A stretch of 39,321 nucleotides of DNA from Patescibacteria group bacterium (GTDB taxonomy: Bacteria; Patescibacteriota; Patescibacteriia; JAHIZJ01), in the NCBI GenBank assembly GCA_018814765.1, contig JAHIZJ010000027.1, forward strand, positions 1 to 39,321, written 5' to 3'. Positions 39,010-39,321 of the stretch are shown here, piece after piece. Both the position numbers and the translations under genes were made by a program. How positions within the stretch are numbered: the first letter of the stretch is position 1; every line of letters begins with the position of its first letter. The notes under the pieces were generated by a model. That model ran no database searches. It saw nothing but the letters and a program-made list of their open reading frames with translations, and was not told the origin of the DNA.

Positions 39010-39321
39010 TTATATCATCTCAAAACTTAATATTTTCTTTAACTTTTCTTTGTCAGGAATCAGATCCTCTAATTCAGCCCCCAATAATGTTTTTCCACCG
39101 CTTTTCAGGTAAATCGCAAATTGCCTTACACTTTCTGGCTCATTTTCATTTACAAAATGATTAAGCATGAACCATAAGCTTAATTGCTCACCATAATCTT
39201 TGCACCCCATTGTGACTTTGCATTCCAATGGTTTTACTTCGTGGACCCTGCATCCAACTTCTTTATCAAAAAAGACGCATTTCCCATAAGGCTTGCCTTT
39301 TCTTAATATCTTTGGACGGTA
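39010..39321 (-). CDS. Cys-cluster protein (YkgJ/CxxCxxCC-like), C-terminal part
   Basis: Frame open from the window edge: KCVFFDKEVGCRVHEVKPLECK. Confidence 0.6.
   Translation of the reverse strand, partial: YRPKILRKGKPYGKCVFFDKEVGCRVHEVKPLECKVTMGCKDYGEQLSLWFMLNHFVNENEPESVRQFAIYLKSGGKTLLGAELEDLIPDKEKLKKILSFEMI

Noticed and set aside
38547-39321. Genuine archaea-to-bacteria gene transfer
   Set aside because: It would destroy an essential leuS and lies at the sequence end; a chimera is simpler

Overview
Bacterial chromosomal segment. Gene content suggests Patescibacteria/CPR (inference): rpsO-NYN-pnp, archaeal-type cmk, lspA, ComM/YifB, an Xer recombinase, LysM-M23 peptidases and leuS with an inserted hydrolase domain. 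Housekeeping genes alternate with ORFans, two very large modular surface proteins, two REP-associated HUH transposases, a GIY-YIG nuclease and many short palindromes. Main points: (1) an AT-rich island between pnp and cmk has a promoter, a ~300-nt structured non-coding region, a small ORF and a retron-like reverse transcriptase split at a hairpin/A9 site; (2) intact tRNA-His(GUG) and tRNA-Arg(UCU) genes each sit inside a shattered copy of the same tRNA, bracketed by palindrome arms; (3) an unidentified ~400-nt structured RNA has its own promoter and terminator; (4) the last ~775 bp (archaeal-like dnaK fragment) truncate leuS and are probably an assembly chimera. All calls come from reading motifs by eye; no searches or folding programs were run.
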